Shown: piece after piece, positions 46,720 through 57,598 of the stretch
How positions within the stretch are numbered: position 1 is the first letter of the stretch
How the letters are laid out: each line of letters begins with the position of its first letter
Assembly (NCBI GenBank): GCA_965230925.1
Contig: OZ246403.1
Span: 458,455 to 522,454 of the forward strand
Source: an uncultured Candidatus Saccharibacteria bacterium
GTDB lineage: Bacteria; Patescibacteriota; Minisyncoccia; Phycocordibacterales; JACOZG01
Direction: 5' to 3'
Length of the DNA: 64,000 nucleotides
The notes under the pieces: model-generated
The model's input: the letters and a program-made list of their open reading frames with translations, nothing else
Told to the model about the DNA's origin: nothing
Databases searched by the model: none
Translations under genes and position numbers: made by a program

Positions 46720-46727
46720 TTTTAATT

Positions 46728-47222
46728 ATGCGACGTAAAGTAAAAAATCGAATTAAAGTAAAGCCTGATTCCCTCTATCAATCCTTGAAAGTGGGGAAGC
46801 TTATTAACTATGTGATGGACTCAGGTAAGAAAAATACCGCCCGACGCTTGGTTTACGGCGCCTTCAATAATATTAAAGAGGAGACCAAGAAGGATCCGAT
46901 GGAAGTCTTTGAAGAAGCGGTTAAGAATACTGGTCCAATGATGGAGCTCCGTTCCCGCCGGGTGGGCGGTGCCAACTATCAGATTCCTCATGAAGTCTCG
47001 CCCGAACGTAAGTTGACCTTAGCGCTCCGCTGGATGGTAGAAGCCGCTTCGAGTAAGAAAGGTAAGCCGATGGCCGAGAAATTGGCCGGCGAGATCTTAG
47101 CTGCCGCGAAGAATGAGGGCGAGGCCGTGAAGAAGCGTGAAATGATCCACCGCATGGCTGAGGCCAACCGCGCCTTTGCCCACTTTGCTCGGACTCAAGT
47201 TAAGCCTAAAGTTGCTGCTTAA
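46728..47222 (+). CDS. rpsG: 30S ribosomal protein S7
   Basis: KKNTARRLVYGAF...ELRSRRVGGANYQIP matches S7 motifs. 164 aa. Confidence 0.9.
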   Translation: MRRKVKNRIKVKPDSLYQSLKVGKLINYVMDSGKKNTARRLVYGAFNNIKEETKKDPMEVFEEAVKNTGPMMELRSRRVGGANYQIPHEVSPERKLTLALRWMVEAASSKKGKPMAEKLAGEILAAAKNEGEAVKKREMIHRMAEANRAFAHFARTQVKPKVAA

Positions 47223-49364
47223 ATGAATCGCGATTATCCTCTGGAGAAGGTTCGGAATTTTGGTATCATCGCCCACATTGATGCGGGTAAAACGACGGTC
47301 AGTGAGCGCATCCTTTTCTACACCGGTGTTTCGCACAAGATTGGTGAGGTGCATGAGGGCGACACTGTCATGGACTGGATGGAGCAAGAGCGTGAGCGTG
47401 GTATTACCATTACCGCCGCGGCCACCACTTGTTTCTGGACTCCCACTTATGCTGGAGGTGATGCCGCCAAAAAGCATCGTTTTAATATTATTGATACGCC
47501 TGGACACATCGATTTCACTATTGAGGTGAAGCGCTCTTTGCGCGTGCTCGACGGCGCGGTAGTGGTCTTCGACGGCGTGTCGGGTGTGGAGCCGCAATCA
47601 GAAACCAACTGGCGCTACGCCGATGAGGGGAAAGTGCCACGCCTTTGCTTTATCAATAAACTCGACCGCATGGGCGCTTCTTTTGAATTCTCATACAGCA
47701 CCATTCTTGACCGGCTCACCAAGCAGGCAGTGCGTTATCAGATCCCAATTGGTCTCGAAGAAAATTTTGCCGGTGTGATCGATCTTCTCCAGAAGAAGGC
47801 TTATGGCTTCGAGGGCGAGAAGGGTCAGACGATCAAAGAAATTCCAATTCCAGCTGATCTCCAAGCTGATGTCGATAAGTATCATGCCGAGCTCGTGGAG
47901 CGGATTGCGGAGACGGACGATACCCTGATGAATGAGTATCTGGAGGGTAAAACGATTGCTTTTGATGTTTTAAAAGTCGCTCTCCGAAAGGCGGTGATTT
48001 CCAATAAAATTGTGCCGGTATTTTGCGGTTCGGCACTGAAGAATAAGGGTGTGCAGCTTGTTCTCGATGGTGTCATTGATTACTTACCTTCGCCGCTCGA
48101 TATCCCGCCCACTAAAGGTATTGATGAGCGAACCGGAGAAGTCATAGAACGTTTGCCTTCCGACGATGCGCCCTTTGCCGCCCTTGCTTTCAAAATTCAA
48201 ACTGATCCTTTCGTTGGTCAACTAGTTTTCTTCCGCGTTTACTCGGGGAAAATTGAAGCTGGTTCATATATTTACAACACTCGAACGCGAACCAAAGAGC
48301 GCGTAGGTCGGATTGTGCGCTTGCACGCTAATGAACGAGAAGAGGTGAAGGTGGTTTTTGCGGGAGAAATTGCCGCGACCGTGGGCTTGAAGGATGTGAA
48401 AACCTCCGATACCTTCTGCGATATTGATAATCCTATTATTCTCGACCAAATTGTGGTGCCCGAGCCAGTGGTGTCGATGAAGATTGAGCCGAAGACCAAG
48501 GCTGACCAAGAGAAAATGGGTATGGCGATGAAGAAGCTTTCTGATGAAGATCCAACGTTTAAAATTAAATCTGACCCAGAAACCTTAGAAACCATTATTT
48601 CGGGCATGGGCGAGCTCCACCTCGAGGTGCTAGTAGAACGGATGAAGCGCGAATTCGGCGTGGAGGCCAATGTGAGCAAGCCGCAAGTGGCGTACAAAGA
48701 GACGATCACGGCCGCCGCCGAGGCGGAAGGCAAGTACATTAAGCAGTCGGGTGGTCGCGGTCAGTATGGTCATGTGCGCTTGCGCGTGAAGCCTCTCGAG
48801 AAGCTTGAGGAGGGGGCCAAGATCCCGAAGAATGTGACGCGCGAGACCGGCTTCGAATTTATTAATGCCATTAAGGGTGGCGTGGTGCCGCAAGAATATA
48901 TTACGCCGGTGGAGAAGGGTGTGCGCGAGGGGATGGAGCGTGGTGTGGTGGCCGGTTTCCAGCTCGTCGATGTTTCTGTCGAACTTTACGATGGTTCTTA
49001 TCACGAAGTGGACTCATCAGAAATGGCCTTCAAAATGGCCGGTTCGATGGCGCTTCAAGAAGCAGCGCGGCGCGCTAAGCCAGTGCTCCTTGAGCCAATT
49101 ATGAAAATTGAAGTCATTGTGCCCGAGAAGTTCATGGGTGATATTACCGGGCACCTCAACTCCAAGCGTGGGCAAATTGAAGGCATGGAAGATCGCGGTA
49201 ATGCCAAGGTGATCCGCGCCAAGGTGCCGCTCGCCGAGATGTTCGGCTACGTTACGACTCTCCGCTCGCAGACCGAAGGCCGCGGCTCCTTCAACATGGA
49301 ATTCGCCGAATACGCGATTATCCCGAACAACGTCGCCCAAAAGATTGTTGAGACGAGACAGTAA
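47223..49364 (+). CDS. fusA: elongation factor G
   Basis: [12 protein letters not shown]...[10 protein letters not shown]-domain, then domains II-V throughout. 713 aa. Confidence 0.95.
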   Translation: MNRDYPLEKVRNFGIIAHIDAGKTTVSERILFYTGVSHKIGEVHEGDTVMDWMEQERERGITITAAATTCFWTPTYAGGDAAKKHRFNIIDTPGHIDFTIEVKRSLRVLDGAVVVFDGVSGVEPQSETNWRYADEGKVPRLCFINKLDRMGASFEFSYSTILDRLTKQAVRYQIPIGLEENFAGVIDLLQKKAYGFEGEKGQTIKEIPIPADLQADVDKYHAELVERIAETDDTLMNEYLEGKTIAFDVLKVALRKAVISNKIVPVFCGSALKNKGVQLVLDGVIDYLPSPLDIPPTKGIDERTGEVIERLPSDDAPFAALAFKIQTDPFVGQLVFFRVYSGKIEAGSYIYNTRTRTKERVGRIVRLHANEREEVKVVFAGEIAATVGLKDVKTSDTFCDIDNPIILDQIVVPEPVVSMKIEPKTKADQEKMGMAMKKLSDEDPTFKIKSDPETLETIISGMGELHLEVLVERMKREFGVEANVSKPQVAYKETITAAAEAEGKYIKQSGGRGQYGHVRLRVKPLEKLEEGAKIPKNVTRETGFEFINAIKGGVVPQEYITPVEKGVREGMERGVVAGFQLVDVSVELYDGSYHEVDSSEMAFKMAGSMALQEAARRAKPVLLEPIMKIEVIVPEKFMGDITGHLNSKRGQIEGMEDRGNAKVIRAKVPLAEMFGYVTTLRSQTEGRGSFNMEFAEYAIIPNNVAQKIVETRQ

Positions 49365-49400
49365 TTGCGGAAAAGAAAAACTCACTAATACTTGTTTGAC

Positions 49401-49438
49401 AGGGACCGAAAGCTCAGGCAAGCCGTAGGTCCCTTTTG
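49401..49438. terminator. stem-loop with T-run after fusA (also downstream of the convergent 49414 gene)
   Basis: AGGGACC-(20-nt loop)-GGTCCCT followed by TTTTG. The loop is unusually long, so confidence is moderate. Confidence 0.4.
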
Positions 49439-50082
49439 TCTTTCAAACAACTAGCCACGACCTTCTTGATATTTTTTGTTTCGTTCCATGTTTCCCTCAC
49501 AGTTTTCCTCATATTTGTGTGTTGGGGATATCCTTGATCATGAGCACCCTCCATTAAATCAACAAACTCGATATTAAGTAGCTCGGTAAGCGACTCTTTG
49601 AGGTCGTTATACTGGTTTTCATCTACCCCAACCTCTGTTAATTCGTCATGAAAAGCGTGCCAGGTATAAAAATGGAATAACTCGTGCATTATTATTCCGT
49701 TAGTAAATTTTGAGGCGAAGTATACAAAAAAGTAATTATCCTGAATATTGTAAGTACACCTTTGGTTGGTAGTTAAGTAAGTTGTGATTTTAGATGCCGG
49801 GTAAGAAATGTTAAAAATTTGTTCCATCCGCGCAATGAATGGTTTTTCGATCTTTCTCCAGTTTTGGTTTATGGACTCCAGTGACTTTGTTGTATCAAGG
49901 CCAGTTTGAGAAATAAAAGATTCTAGAAACTTTCGGACCATATTTTCTGTGTAGTTTGGGCCATGTTTATCAATATAGGACTGCTGAAGTTTTGTTGGTA
50001 GCGCGTTGTTTCTTGCTCGGGTGCCAGCAATAAAATTATCTACATCTTTGTCAAGATCATATTTAAATTCTAAGTTGGTCAT
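49414..50082 (-). CDS. HExxH-motif protein, putative zinc metallopeptidase/hydrolase of unknown family, inserted antisense between fusA and tuf
   Basis: 222 aa. IMHELFHFYTWHAFHDELTE contains HExxH plus a downstream His/Glu. No further family assignment is possible by eye. The region is visibly AT-richer than the flanking fusA and tuf genes. Confidence 0.55.
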   Translation of the reverse strand: MTNLEFKYDLDKDVDNFIAGTRARNNALPTKLQQSYIDKHGPNYTENMVRKFLESFISQTGLDTTKSLESINQNWRKIEKPFIARMEQIFNISYPASKITTYLTTNQRCTYNIQDNYFFVYFASKFTNGIIMHELFHFYTWHAFHDELTEVGVDENQYNDLKESLTELLNIEFVDLMEGAHDQGYPQHTNMRKTVRETWNETKNIKKVVASCLKDKRDLRLA

Positions 50083-50130
50083 CGAGGTTAATTATATCAT
50101 CCCAGGCTTTAGCTTGGCTCAGGTAAGGAT

Positions 50131-50159
50131 TTGACGCCGCTATAGCGGTTTGCTAGTAT
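50131..50159 (+). promoter_or_regulatory. candidate sigma70-type promoter for tuf and the S10 operon: TTGACG-17-TAGTAT, with a 12-bp perfect palindrome in the spacer
   Basis: TTGACG at 50131-50136; 17-nt spacer ccgctatagcggtttgc, which contains the palindrome CCGCTATAGCGG; TAGTAT at 50154-50159. Confidence 0.5.
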
Positions 50160-50246
50160 TCTATGGCGCTTTGGGCGCGTCGGTTTTTCTTCTATTAAAT
50201 CTCAAATTAAGAGAAATTATTAAGTAAGTAGTTTAATTTTAAAAAT

Positions 50247-51449
<1,203 letters not shown>

Positions 51450-51474
51450 TTTAAACTTCTGAGTATTTATTACC

Positions 51475-51843
51475 ATGGCCACCAAAGAGAAAAAAACTAC
51501 TACCAAGGCGGTGGCGAAGGAAAAGGATCCTAATAGCCTCCAGAAGATTCGGATTCGTGTCGCAGCCTATGAAAATAAGGTTCTCGACGCGAGTGTGAAG
51601 CAAATTGTAGATACGGCTAATCGTTACGATGCGGTGGTGCGTGGACCAGTGCCACTTCCTACAGAAATTAAGAAATACACGGTCAATCGAAGTTCCTTTG
51701 TGCACAAGAATGCTCGGGAGCAATTCGAAATGCGGATTCATAAGCGTCTCATCGATATTTTGAACCCTTCAGCTAAAATCATCGAACATCTGACCAATCT
51801 GAATCTACCTTCGGCCGTGAATATCGATGTGAAGATGCTATGA
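51475..51843 (+). CDS. rpsJ: 30S ribosomal protein S10
   Basis: KIRIRVAAYENKVLDASVKQIVDTA...GPVPLPT matches S10. 122 aa. Confidence 0.9.
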   Translation: MATKEKKTTTKAVAKEKDPNSLQKIRIRVAAYENKVLDASVKQIVDTANRYDAVVRGPVPLPTEIKKYTVNRSSFVHKNAREQFEMRIHKRLIDILNPSAKIIEHLTNLNLPSAVNIDVKML

Positions 51844-52262
51844 AATTAGTTTACGGAACAAAGCAGGGAATGACGCAAATCTTCGCCGATTCTGGCGAGG
51901 CTCATGCCGCGACGGTGATTAAGGCTGAATCACTTGCTGATTTGGCCGTGGGTGATGTGGTGCGCGTCAGTGGTATTACCAAAGGTCGCGGTTTCCAAGG
52001 TGTGGTGAAGCGCCACGGCTTTAAGGGTGGACCGCGAACACATGGTCAGAAGCACTCAGAGCGTGAGCCGGGCTCGATTGGTGGTGGTTTGCGTACCCGT
52101 GTTCCAAAAGGAATGCGCATGGCCGGCCGTATGGGTGGCAAGCGCCTCACCGTGCGCCACTTGAAGGTGCTTTCGCTCGATCAAGATAAAAACATTCTCT
52201 TTATTTCCGGAGCAACACCAGGTAGACGAGGGACGAAGCTCATGGTAAGTACTAAGGATTAA
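51840..52262 (+). CDS. rplC: 50S ribosomal protein L3 (short form)
   Basis: GTKQGMTQIF...KGRGFQGVVKRHGF...MAGRMGGKRLTV aligns with L3 motifs. 140 aa. Confidence 0.85.
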   Translation: MKLVYGTKQGMTQIFADSGEAHAATVIKAESLADLAVGDVVRVSGITKGRGFQGVVKRHGFKGGPRTHGQKHSEREPGSIGGGLRTRVPKGMRMAGRMGGKRLTVRHLKVLSLDQDKNILFISGATPGRRGTKLMVSTKD

Positions 52263-52264
52263 AT

Positions 52265-52927
52265 ATGGAAGCAAAAGTCTACAATCAAGACGGCAAAGAA
52301 ACCGGGTCAGTAGCCCTTCCCGAGCAGGTTTTTGGCTTGCCGTGGAATAATGATTTGATCTACCAGGTAGTTACTTCTACCGAGACTAGTCGTCGGTCGA
52401 ATACGGCTCAGGTGAAGGATCGTAGTGCCGTACGCGGTGGTGGTAAGAAGCCGTGGCGGCAGAAGGGAACCGGCCGAGCTCGTCATGGTTCTATTCGCTC
52501 GCCGCTCTGGCGTGGTGGTGGAGTGACTCATGGCCCAACGACCGAGAGAAATTATTTCCGAAAGGTGAACCGCAAAGTGAAGAACAAGGCGCTCGGCGTG
52601 GTGCTCTCGCGTAAATTTAAGGATGGTGAAATTCTTTTCCTTGATCAGCTAAATTTACCGGTGATTAAGACTAAGACGGCTTTTGGGGTGTTGACCCAGC
52701 TTTCTAAGCTAAAAGGTTTTGAAAAAGTTCATTATCGCCGAGGTAGTCGGGTGCTTCTTGCTATGCCTCGTGCTGATGAGAAGCTTCAGAAAAGTTTTCG
52801 TAATCTTGGAGGATCGACTCTTGCTGAAACGCGCAATCTCAATCCGGTCGATATTTTGAGTTATAAGTATCTCGTGATCGCCGATCCAAAAGCGAGTCTC
52901 GAGACCCTGAAGAACCGTCTAAGTTAA
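52265..52927 (+). CDS. rplD: 50S ribosomal protein L4
   Basis: GGGKKPWRQKGTGRARHGSIRSPLWRGGGVTHGP is the L4 signature. 220 aa. Confidence 0.9.
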   Translation: MEAKVYNQDGKETGSVALPEQVFGLPWNNDLIYQVVTSTETSRRSNTAQVKDRSAVRGGGKKPWRQKGTGRARHGSIRSPLWRGGGVTHGPTTERNYFRKVNRKVKNKALGVVLSRKFKDGEILFLDQLNLPVIKTKTAFGVLTQLSKLKGFEKVHYRRGSRVLLAMPRADEKLQKSFRNLGGSTLAETRNLNPVDILSYKYLVIADPKASLETLKNRLS

Positions 52928-52928
52928 T

Positions 52929-53237
52929 ATGTCAAAAATTGGCCAACAATTAAATCGCGCCCCACAAGTTTTACGCCACCCCTTGGTGACGGAGAAGTCG
53001 ACCATGCTCCAAGAGCGGGCGGCGGGACCGGTATATGCTTTTGCGGTTAGTGATCGAGCCACGAAGCCCGAGATTAAAGCTCTGGTGAAGCGGTTGTATA
53101 AAATTACACCGCAGAAAGTGAGTATTTTGAACGTGAAGCCGAAGAGCCTTGTTTACCGTGGTCGAGCTGGAGAACGGTCTGGATATAAAAAAGCCCTTGT
53201 TTACTTAAAGCCAGGTGAGAAATTGGAACTCGCTTAA
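52929..53237 (+). CDS. rplW: 50S ribosomal protein L23
   Basis: Position in the operon and the motif LRHPLVTEKS...YAFAVS. 102 aa. Confidence 0.85.
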   Translation: MSKIGQQLNRAPQVLRHPLVTEKSTMLQERAAGPVYAFAVSDRATKPEIKALVKRLYKITPQKVSILNVKPKSLVYRGRAGERSGYKKALVYLKPGEKLELA

Positions 53238-53246
53238 TTTTTAATC

Positions 53247-54086
53247 ATGAAAACTCATAAACCAGTTACACCCAGTCGTCGTCACACCGTTCTTTTGCCA
53301 TACCGGCAGCTGCTCTCAACCTCTGAGCCTTACAAGCCGCTCACGAGTGGTCGCAAGCGAGATGTGGGTCGCAATAACGTTGGCCGAATTACCACCCGTC
53401 ACAAGGGTGGCGGTGTGAAGCGTTTGTTCCGAGCGATTGACTTCCGTTACGAGAAATTTAATATTCCCGCCAAAATTGAGACAGTGGAATATGATCCAAA
53501 TCGCTCTGGTCTTATTGCTCTCGTATGCTATGCCGATGGTGAGCGACGTTACGTTCTCTTGCCTGGTGGGATGAAGGTGGGCGATAAATTTATTGTTTCT
53601 CCTGAGGCTGAGCTCCGACCAGGTAATCGTTTGCCTCTCTCGAAGATCCCGGTGGGTGCCTTTGTTTACAATGTGGAAGTGAAGCCAGGTGGTGGCGCTA
53701 AGCTGGTGCGCTCGGCGGGGAACTTTGCCCAAATTCTTTCTAATGATGCGGGATATACCACGCTTAAAATGCCATCGACTGAGGTGCGAAAGCTTAGCGA
53801 CAAGGTGTGGGCTTCGATTGGTACGGTCTCTGGTGAAGAAAACAAATTGATCAAACTTGGTAAAGCCGGTCGTTCACGCTGGCTCGGTATCCGTCCTACG
53901 GTGCGCGGTAGCGCCATGAATCCAGTAGATCACCCATACGGTGGTGGTGAAGGTCGTCAGGGACGTGGTACTCGTCGGCCTAAGACCTTGTGGGGTAAGG
54001 TGACTGGTGGTCGTAAGACGCGTCGCGCGAAGAAGTATTCCAATGTTTTCGTGGTCACTCGTCGTCGGTCGAGACGGAAGGCTTAG
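53247..54086 (+). CDS. rplB: 50S ribosomal protein L2
   Basis: GRNNVGRITTRHKGGGVKRLFR...HPYGGGEGR match L2. 279 aa. Confidence 0.95.
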   Translation: MKTHKPVTPSRRHTVLLPYRQLLSTSEPYKPLTSGRKRDVGRNNVGRITTRHKGGGVKRLFRAIDFRYEKFNIPAKIETVEYDPNRSGLIALVCYADGERRYVLLPGGMKVGDKFIVSPEAELRPGNRLPLSKIPVGAFVYNVEVKPGGGAKLVRSAGNFAQILSNDAGYTTLKMPSTEVRKLSDKVWASIGTVSGEENKLIKLGKAGRSRWLGIRPTVRGSAMNPVDHPYGGGEGRQGRGTRRPKTLWGKVTGGRKTRRAKKYSNVFVVTRRRSRRKA

Positions 54087-54124
54087 TTGACGACTGATAA
54101 ATATTTTGTTTAACTCCAGAATTC

Positions 54125-54487
54125 ATGACTAGATCACTTAAAAAAGGACCATTCATTGATCCTAAGCTGCTCAAGAAAATTACCGGCCATAAGCCGGGTG
54201 GTTCTGCGGTGATAAAAACCTGGTCTCGCGCTAGTCAGATTAGCCCGGAAATGGTGGGTTTTACCTTTGGCGTTCACAATGGTCGGGAGCATTTGCCGGT
54301 TCTTGTGGTTGAGGAAATGGTTGGTCATCGCTTAGGGGAATTTAGCCCGACGCGAAAGTTTATTCGTCATGGTGGTAAGATGCAGAAGGAGCTCGAACAG
54401 AAGAAGAAAGAGGCTGAAATTGCGGCCGCTAAGGCGTCTAAAGAACCGGCAGCAGCCGCCGGGGGTACCGCCGCGGCGAAGAAATAA
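54125..54487 (+). CDS. rpsS: 30S ribosomal protein S19 with Lys/Ala-rich C-terminal extension
   Basis: [16 protein letters not shown]...[25 protein letters not shown] is S19. An extra ~30-aa [21 protein letters not shown] tail follows. 120 aa. Confidence 0.9.
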   Translation: MTRSLKKGPFIDPKLLKKITGHKPGGSAVIKTWSRASQISPEMVGFTFGVHNGREHLPVLVVEEMVGHRLGEFSPTRKFIRHGGKMQKELEQKKKEAEIAAAKASKEPAAAAGGTAAAKK

Positions 54488-54490
54488 ATC

Positions 54491-54820
54491 ATGAAAGCTC
54501 TCTTAAGTCGTTATCGACAATCACCACGGAAAGTTCGCTTAGTCGCCAATTTGGTTAAAGGCAAGAAGGTTGCCGAGGCGATGACGATGCTCAGTTTCCT
54601 TCCCAAGCGCGCCGCGACACCGGTGAAGAAGCTTATTCAATCAGCTGTTGCCAATGCGACCAGTGCGAAGGCGAGCGTGAAGGCCGAGCGACTTTTTATT
54701 AAAGATATTACCGTTAACAAGAGTTTGGTCTTGCGTCGTTTCCGCGCTGGTGGTCGAGGTCGCGGTTACCCTTTGAAGAAGCGGGCGAGTCGCTTGGAAG
54801 TTCACCTTATCGAAAAGTAA
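54491..54820 (+). CDS. rplV: 50S ribosomal protein L22
   Basis: KALLSRYRQSPRKVRLVANLVKGKKVAEAMTMLSF matches L22. 109 aa. Confidence 0.9.
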   Translation: MKALLSRYRQSPRKVRLVANLVKGKKVAEAMTMLSFLPKRAATPVKKLIQSAVANATSAKASVKAERLFIKDITVNKSLVLRRFRAGGRGRGYPLKKRASRLEVHLIEK

Positions 54821-54821
54821 T

Positions 54822-55490
54822 ATGACACATAAAGTTCATCCCTACGCGCACAGACTTGGCCTCCTCACTGGTTGGCGTTCTCGCTGGTTTGCTGGTGCTA
54901 AGAAGTATCAAGCGGCTCTCAAGGCTGATGTTTTAATTCGTGAACATTTAGAAGAAAAACTTCGGGGAAATTATGTTTCGAGCGTAGATATGGAACGCGG
55001 GGCCAATTATTGGCGGGTGATTATTAAAACGTCGCGACCCGGTATGGTCATTGGTCGCTCAGGCGAGGGGAGCACCAAGCTCAAGGCCGAAATTTTGAAA
55101 TTAGCGCAGAAACTGAAGGCGCCAATGCCCCGGGAGTTTAAACTTGATATTGAAGAGGTAAAGAATCCCGAGGCCGATGCTCCGATTGTGGCTCAGATGG
55201 TGGCCGAAGGTCTCGAGAAGCAAATGCCTTTCCGTCGGGTGCTTAAGCAAATGATTGAGAAGGTGATGGCCGCCCGCGGGGTGGAAGGTGTACGCATTGA
55301 CGTTTCTGGTCGTCTTGGCGGTGCCGAAATTGCTCGGAAAGAAAGTTTGAAAAAAGGTCGTCTCCCGCTCCAAACCTTGCGCGCTGATATCGACTTTGCT
55401 CGGGAGAAAGCTCGACTTTCCTACGGTGTGATCGGCGTAAAAGTTTGGATTTACCGCGGTCAAGTCTTTGCTGATAAAGCTACCAATTAA
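54822..55490 (+). CDS. rpsC: 30S ribosomal protein S3
   Basis: HKVHPYAHRLGLLTGWRSRWFA and the KH domain pattern. 222 aa. Confidence 0.9.
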   Translation: MTHKVHPYAHRLGLLTGWRSRWFAGAKKYQAALKADVLIREHLEEKLRGNYVSSVDMERGANYWRVIIKTSRPGMVIGRSGEGSTKLKAEILKLAQKLKAPMPREFKLDIEEVKNPEADAPIVAQMVAEGLEKQMPFRRVLKQMIEKVMAARGVEGVRIDVSGRLGGAEIARKESLKKGRLPLQTLRADIDFAREKARLSYGVIGVKVWIYRGQVFADKATN

Positions 55491-55493
55491 ACC

Positions 55494-55910
55494 ATGTTAG
55501 TCCCGAAAAAAGTAAAATATCGTAAGTGGCACACCATGCGGCGCAATCCGAAGAAGAAGCGCTTGTCTTCTCGCGGTCTTGAAGTGTCTTTCGGCTCTCA
55601 TGGTCTTAAGGCAGAAACACCGGGTCGCGTGCGCTCTAATCAAATTGAGTCGGCCCGCAAGGTGATTGTGCGCGAGATCAAGAAAGGTGGTAAGCTCTGG
55701 ATTCGCATTTTCCCCGATAAGCCTTACACGGCTAAGGCCGCGGAAGTGGGTATGGGTAAGGGTAAAGGTGATCCGCAGGGATATGAGTTCGAAGTCTTGC
55801 CGGGTCGACTTATCTTCGAGCTTGATGGTTTGCCCGATGCGGAAGCGAAGGCGGTGCTTGAGCAAGCCGGAAGCAAATTACCCATTAAGACGCGCGTTGT
55901 CCGCCGCTAA
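55494..55910 (+). CDS. rplP: 50S ribosomal protein L16
   Basis: MLVPKKVKYRKWH...R...GLKAE match L16. 138 aa. Confidence 0.9.
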   Translation: MLVPKKVKYRKWHTMRRNPKKKRLSSRGLEVSFGSHGLKAETPGRVRSNQIESARKVIVREIKKGGKLWIRIFPDKPYTAKAAEVGMGKGKGDPQGYEFEVLPGRLIFELDGLPDAEAKAVLEQAGSKLPIKTRVVRR

Positions 55911-55913
55911 ATT

Positions 55914-56102
55914 ATGGCCAAGAAAGATTTAAAAAAAGAAGGTCGGGCCGAGTGGCTTAAGCAACTTGAAGAGAAATCAAGCGCGCTAAGGAAGTGGCGC
56001 TTCGGTCTCGCGGGAGCGCGCACTGCGGATGTGAAATTGGCGCGCCGTTTGCGTCGAGAAGTTGCCGAGCTCTTGACTTTACTTGGGAAAAACGCAGGAT
56101 AA
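55914..56102 (+). CDS. rpmC: 50S ribosomal protein L29
   Basis: Short helical protein in the conserved position. EEKSSALRKWRFGLAGARTADVKLARRLRREVAEL. 62 aa. Confidence 0.8.
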   Translation: MAKKDLKKEGRAEWLKQLEEKSSALRKWRFGLAGARTADVKLARRLRREVAELLTLLGKNAG

Positions 56103-56114
56103 TACACTACTACT

Positions 56115-56333
56115 ATGAGTCGAATTTTAGAAGGAGTCATTGTTTCGGCCAAAACACCCAAATCGGCGGTGGTAGAAGTGTCGCGCCTGGTGAAGCATCC
56201 GAAGTATCAGAAGTATCTCAAGCGCAGTAAGCGTTATTTGGTGCATGATGAGACGGGGCACCAGGTAGGCGAGCGGGTGAAAATTGAGGAAACTAAGCCT
56301 TTATCCCGACGGAAACATTTTAAAATTGTATGA
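56115..56333 (+). CDS. rpsQ: 30S ribosomal protein S17
   Basis: GVIVSAKTPKSAVVEVSRLVKHPKYQKYLKRSKRYLVHDETG...KPLSRRKHFKIV. 72 aa. Confidence 0.9.
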   Translation: MSRILEGVIVSAKTPKSAVVEVSRLVKHPKYQKYLKRSKRYLVHDETGHQVGERVKIEETKPLSRRKHFKIV

Positions 56334-56698
56334 TTCAGCCACGTTCTATTGTAAAAATTGCGGATAATACCGGGGCCAAACTCGGACGTGTGTTCAAGGT
56401 GCTCGGTGGGAGTAAGAAGCGCTATGCCCGGATTGGTGAGATCGTGGTGATCTCAATTCAAACTGCCGAGCCCAAAAAGGCGGTGAAAAAGAAGGAGGTT
56501 TGCAAAGCGCTTGTGGTCCGCAGTCGCGAAGCCACTCGCCGGGCCGATGGCTCATATGTGCGCTTCGACGAGAACGCGGTGGTCTTGATTGATGAGAAGA
56601 AGGAGCCGCGCGGCGGGCGTATTTTTGGACCTATTCCTCGAGAGATTGCTGATTTGGGTTATCAGAAAATTGTGTCACTGGCGCCCGAAATTGTATAA
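56330..56698 (+). CDS. rplN: 50S ribosomal protein L14
   Basis: MIQPRSIVKIADNTGAKLGRVFKVLGGSKKRYARIGEIVVISI. 122 aa. Confidence 0.95.
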   Translation: MIQPRSIVKIADNTGAKLGRVFKVLGGSKKRYARIGEIVVISIQTAEPKKAVKKKEVCKALVVRSREATRRADGSYVRFDENAVVLIDEKKEPRGGRIFGPIPREIADLGYQKIVSLAPEIV

Positions 56699-56706
56699 AT
56701 AGAACC

Positions 56707-57012
56707 ATGGCTTTAACTCTCAAAAAAAATGATGTGGTGGCGGTAATGACCGGTAAAGACAAGGGGAAAACAGGGAAAATTCTCCGGGTATTGCCCGACC
56801 GAGTAATTGTGGAAGGAGTGAATCTTCGCAAGCGCCGCGAGAAGGCTCGCCGCTCTGGGACGAAGGGGCAAGTGGTAGAGGTGCCGAGTCCGGTTCATCG
56901 CTCGAATGTTCTCCTCTATTGTTCGGCCTGCAAGAAAGGGGTGCGTTTTGGCCAGAAAATCTCGGGGAAGAAGAAGATCCGAGTTTGCAAGAAGTGTGGC
57001 CGGGAGCTCTAA
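56707..57012 (+). CDS. rplX: 50S ribosomal protein L24 with C-terminal CxxC...CxxC zinc-ribbon extension
   Basis: KOW region LKKNDVVAVMTGKDKGKTGKILRVLPD. An extra C-terminal CSACKKGVRFGQKISGKKKIRVCKKCGREL follows. 101 aa. Confidence 0.85.
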   Translation: MALTLKKNDVVAVMTGKDKGKTGKILRVLPDRVIVEGVNLRKRREKARRSGTKGQVVEVPSPVHRSNVLLYCSACKKGVRFGQKISGKKKIRVCKKCGREL

Positions 57013-57022
57013 ACTTTAAACC

Positions 57023-57556
57023 ATGAAATTACTGAAAGAAAAATTAAAAGCCGCCCTTCCTGAACTCGAGAAGACTCTCGGGATTAAGAATCATCTGGCT
57101 TTACCGCGGATTACTAAGGTGGTGATTAGCTCGGGTACCGGAAAGGCCAAGGACAAGAAGCGCAATGAGCTTGTGTCTGATCGCTTGAACAAAATTACTG
57201 GTCAGAAGGTGTCACCTCGGGGAGCTAAGAAATCAATTGCCTCCTTCAAGTCTCGCCAGGGAGATATTATTGGCCAGGCGGTTACCTTGCGTGGTGCGCG
57301 GATGTATCACTTCTTGGATCGTTTGTTAAATATTTCCATTCCGCGTATTCGTGACTTCCGCGGCTTTGATGATAAAAGTGTAGATGAGATCGGGAACCTA
57401 ACTATTGGTATCCGGGAGCACACCGTTTTCCCTGAGACCGCTGATGAGGACCTTAAAGACGTTTTCGGCTTCGCTGTCACCATTGTTACTACCGCCAAGA
57501 ATCGTAACCAAGCCCTGGCTCTCTTCCGAGCTATCAACTTCCCGTTTAAAAAGTAG
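57023..57556 (+). CDS. rplE: 50S ribosomal protein L5
   Basis: Conserved position and L5 motifs (ITKVVISSGTGKAK...GNLTIGIREHTVFPE). 177 aa. Confidence 0.9.
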   Translation: MKLLKEKLKAALPELEKTLGIKNHLALPRITKVVISSGTGKAKDKKRNELVSDRLNKITGQKVSPRGAKKSIASFKSRQGDIIGQAVTLRGARMYHFLDRLLNISIPRIRDFRGFDDKSVDEIGNLTIGIREHTVFPETADEDLKDVFGFAVTIVTTAKNRNQALALFRAINFPFKK

Positions 57557-57598
57557 TTGCTACAATTAACTAGTTCGTTTATTAACTAGTTAATTTTT

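Noticed and set aside
47097-49421. Several 120-170-aa minus-strand ORFs inside fusA
   Set aside because: EF-G on the plus strand is certain. The antisense frames have no start or RBS context and His/Arg-rich nonsense composition.
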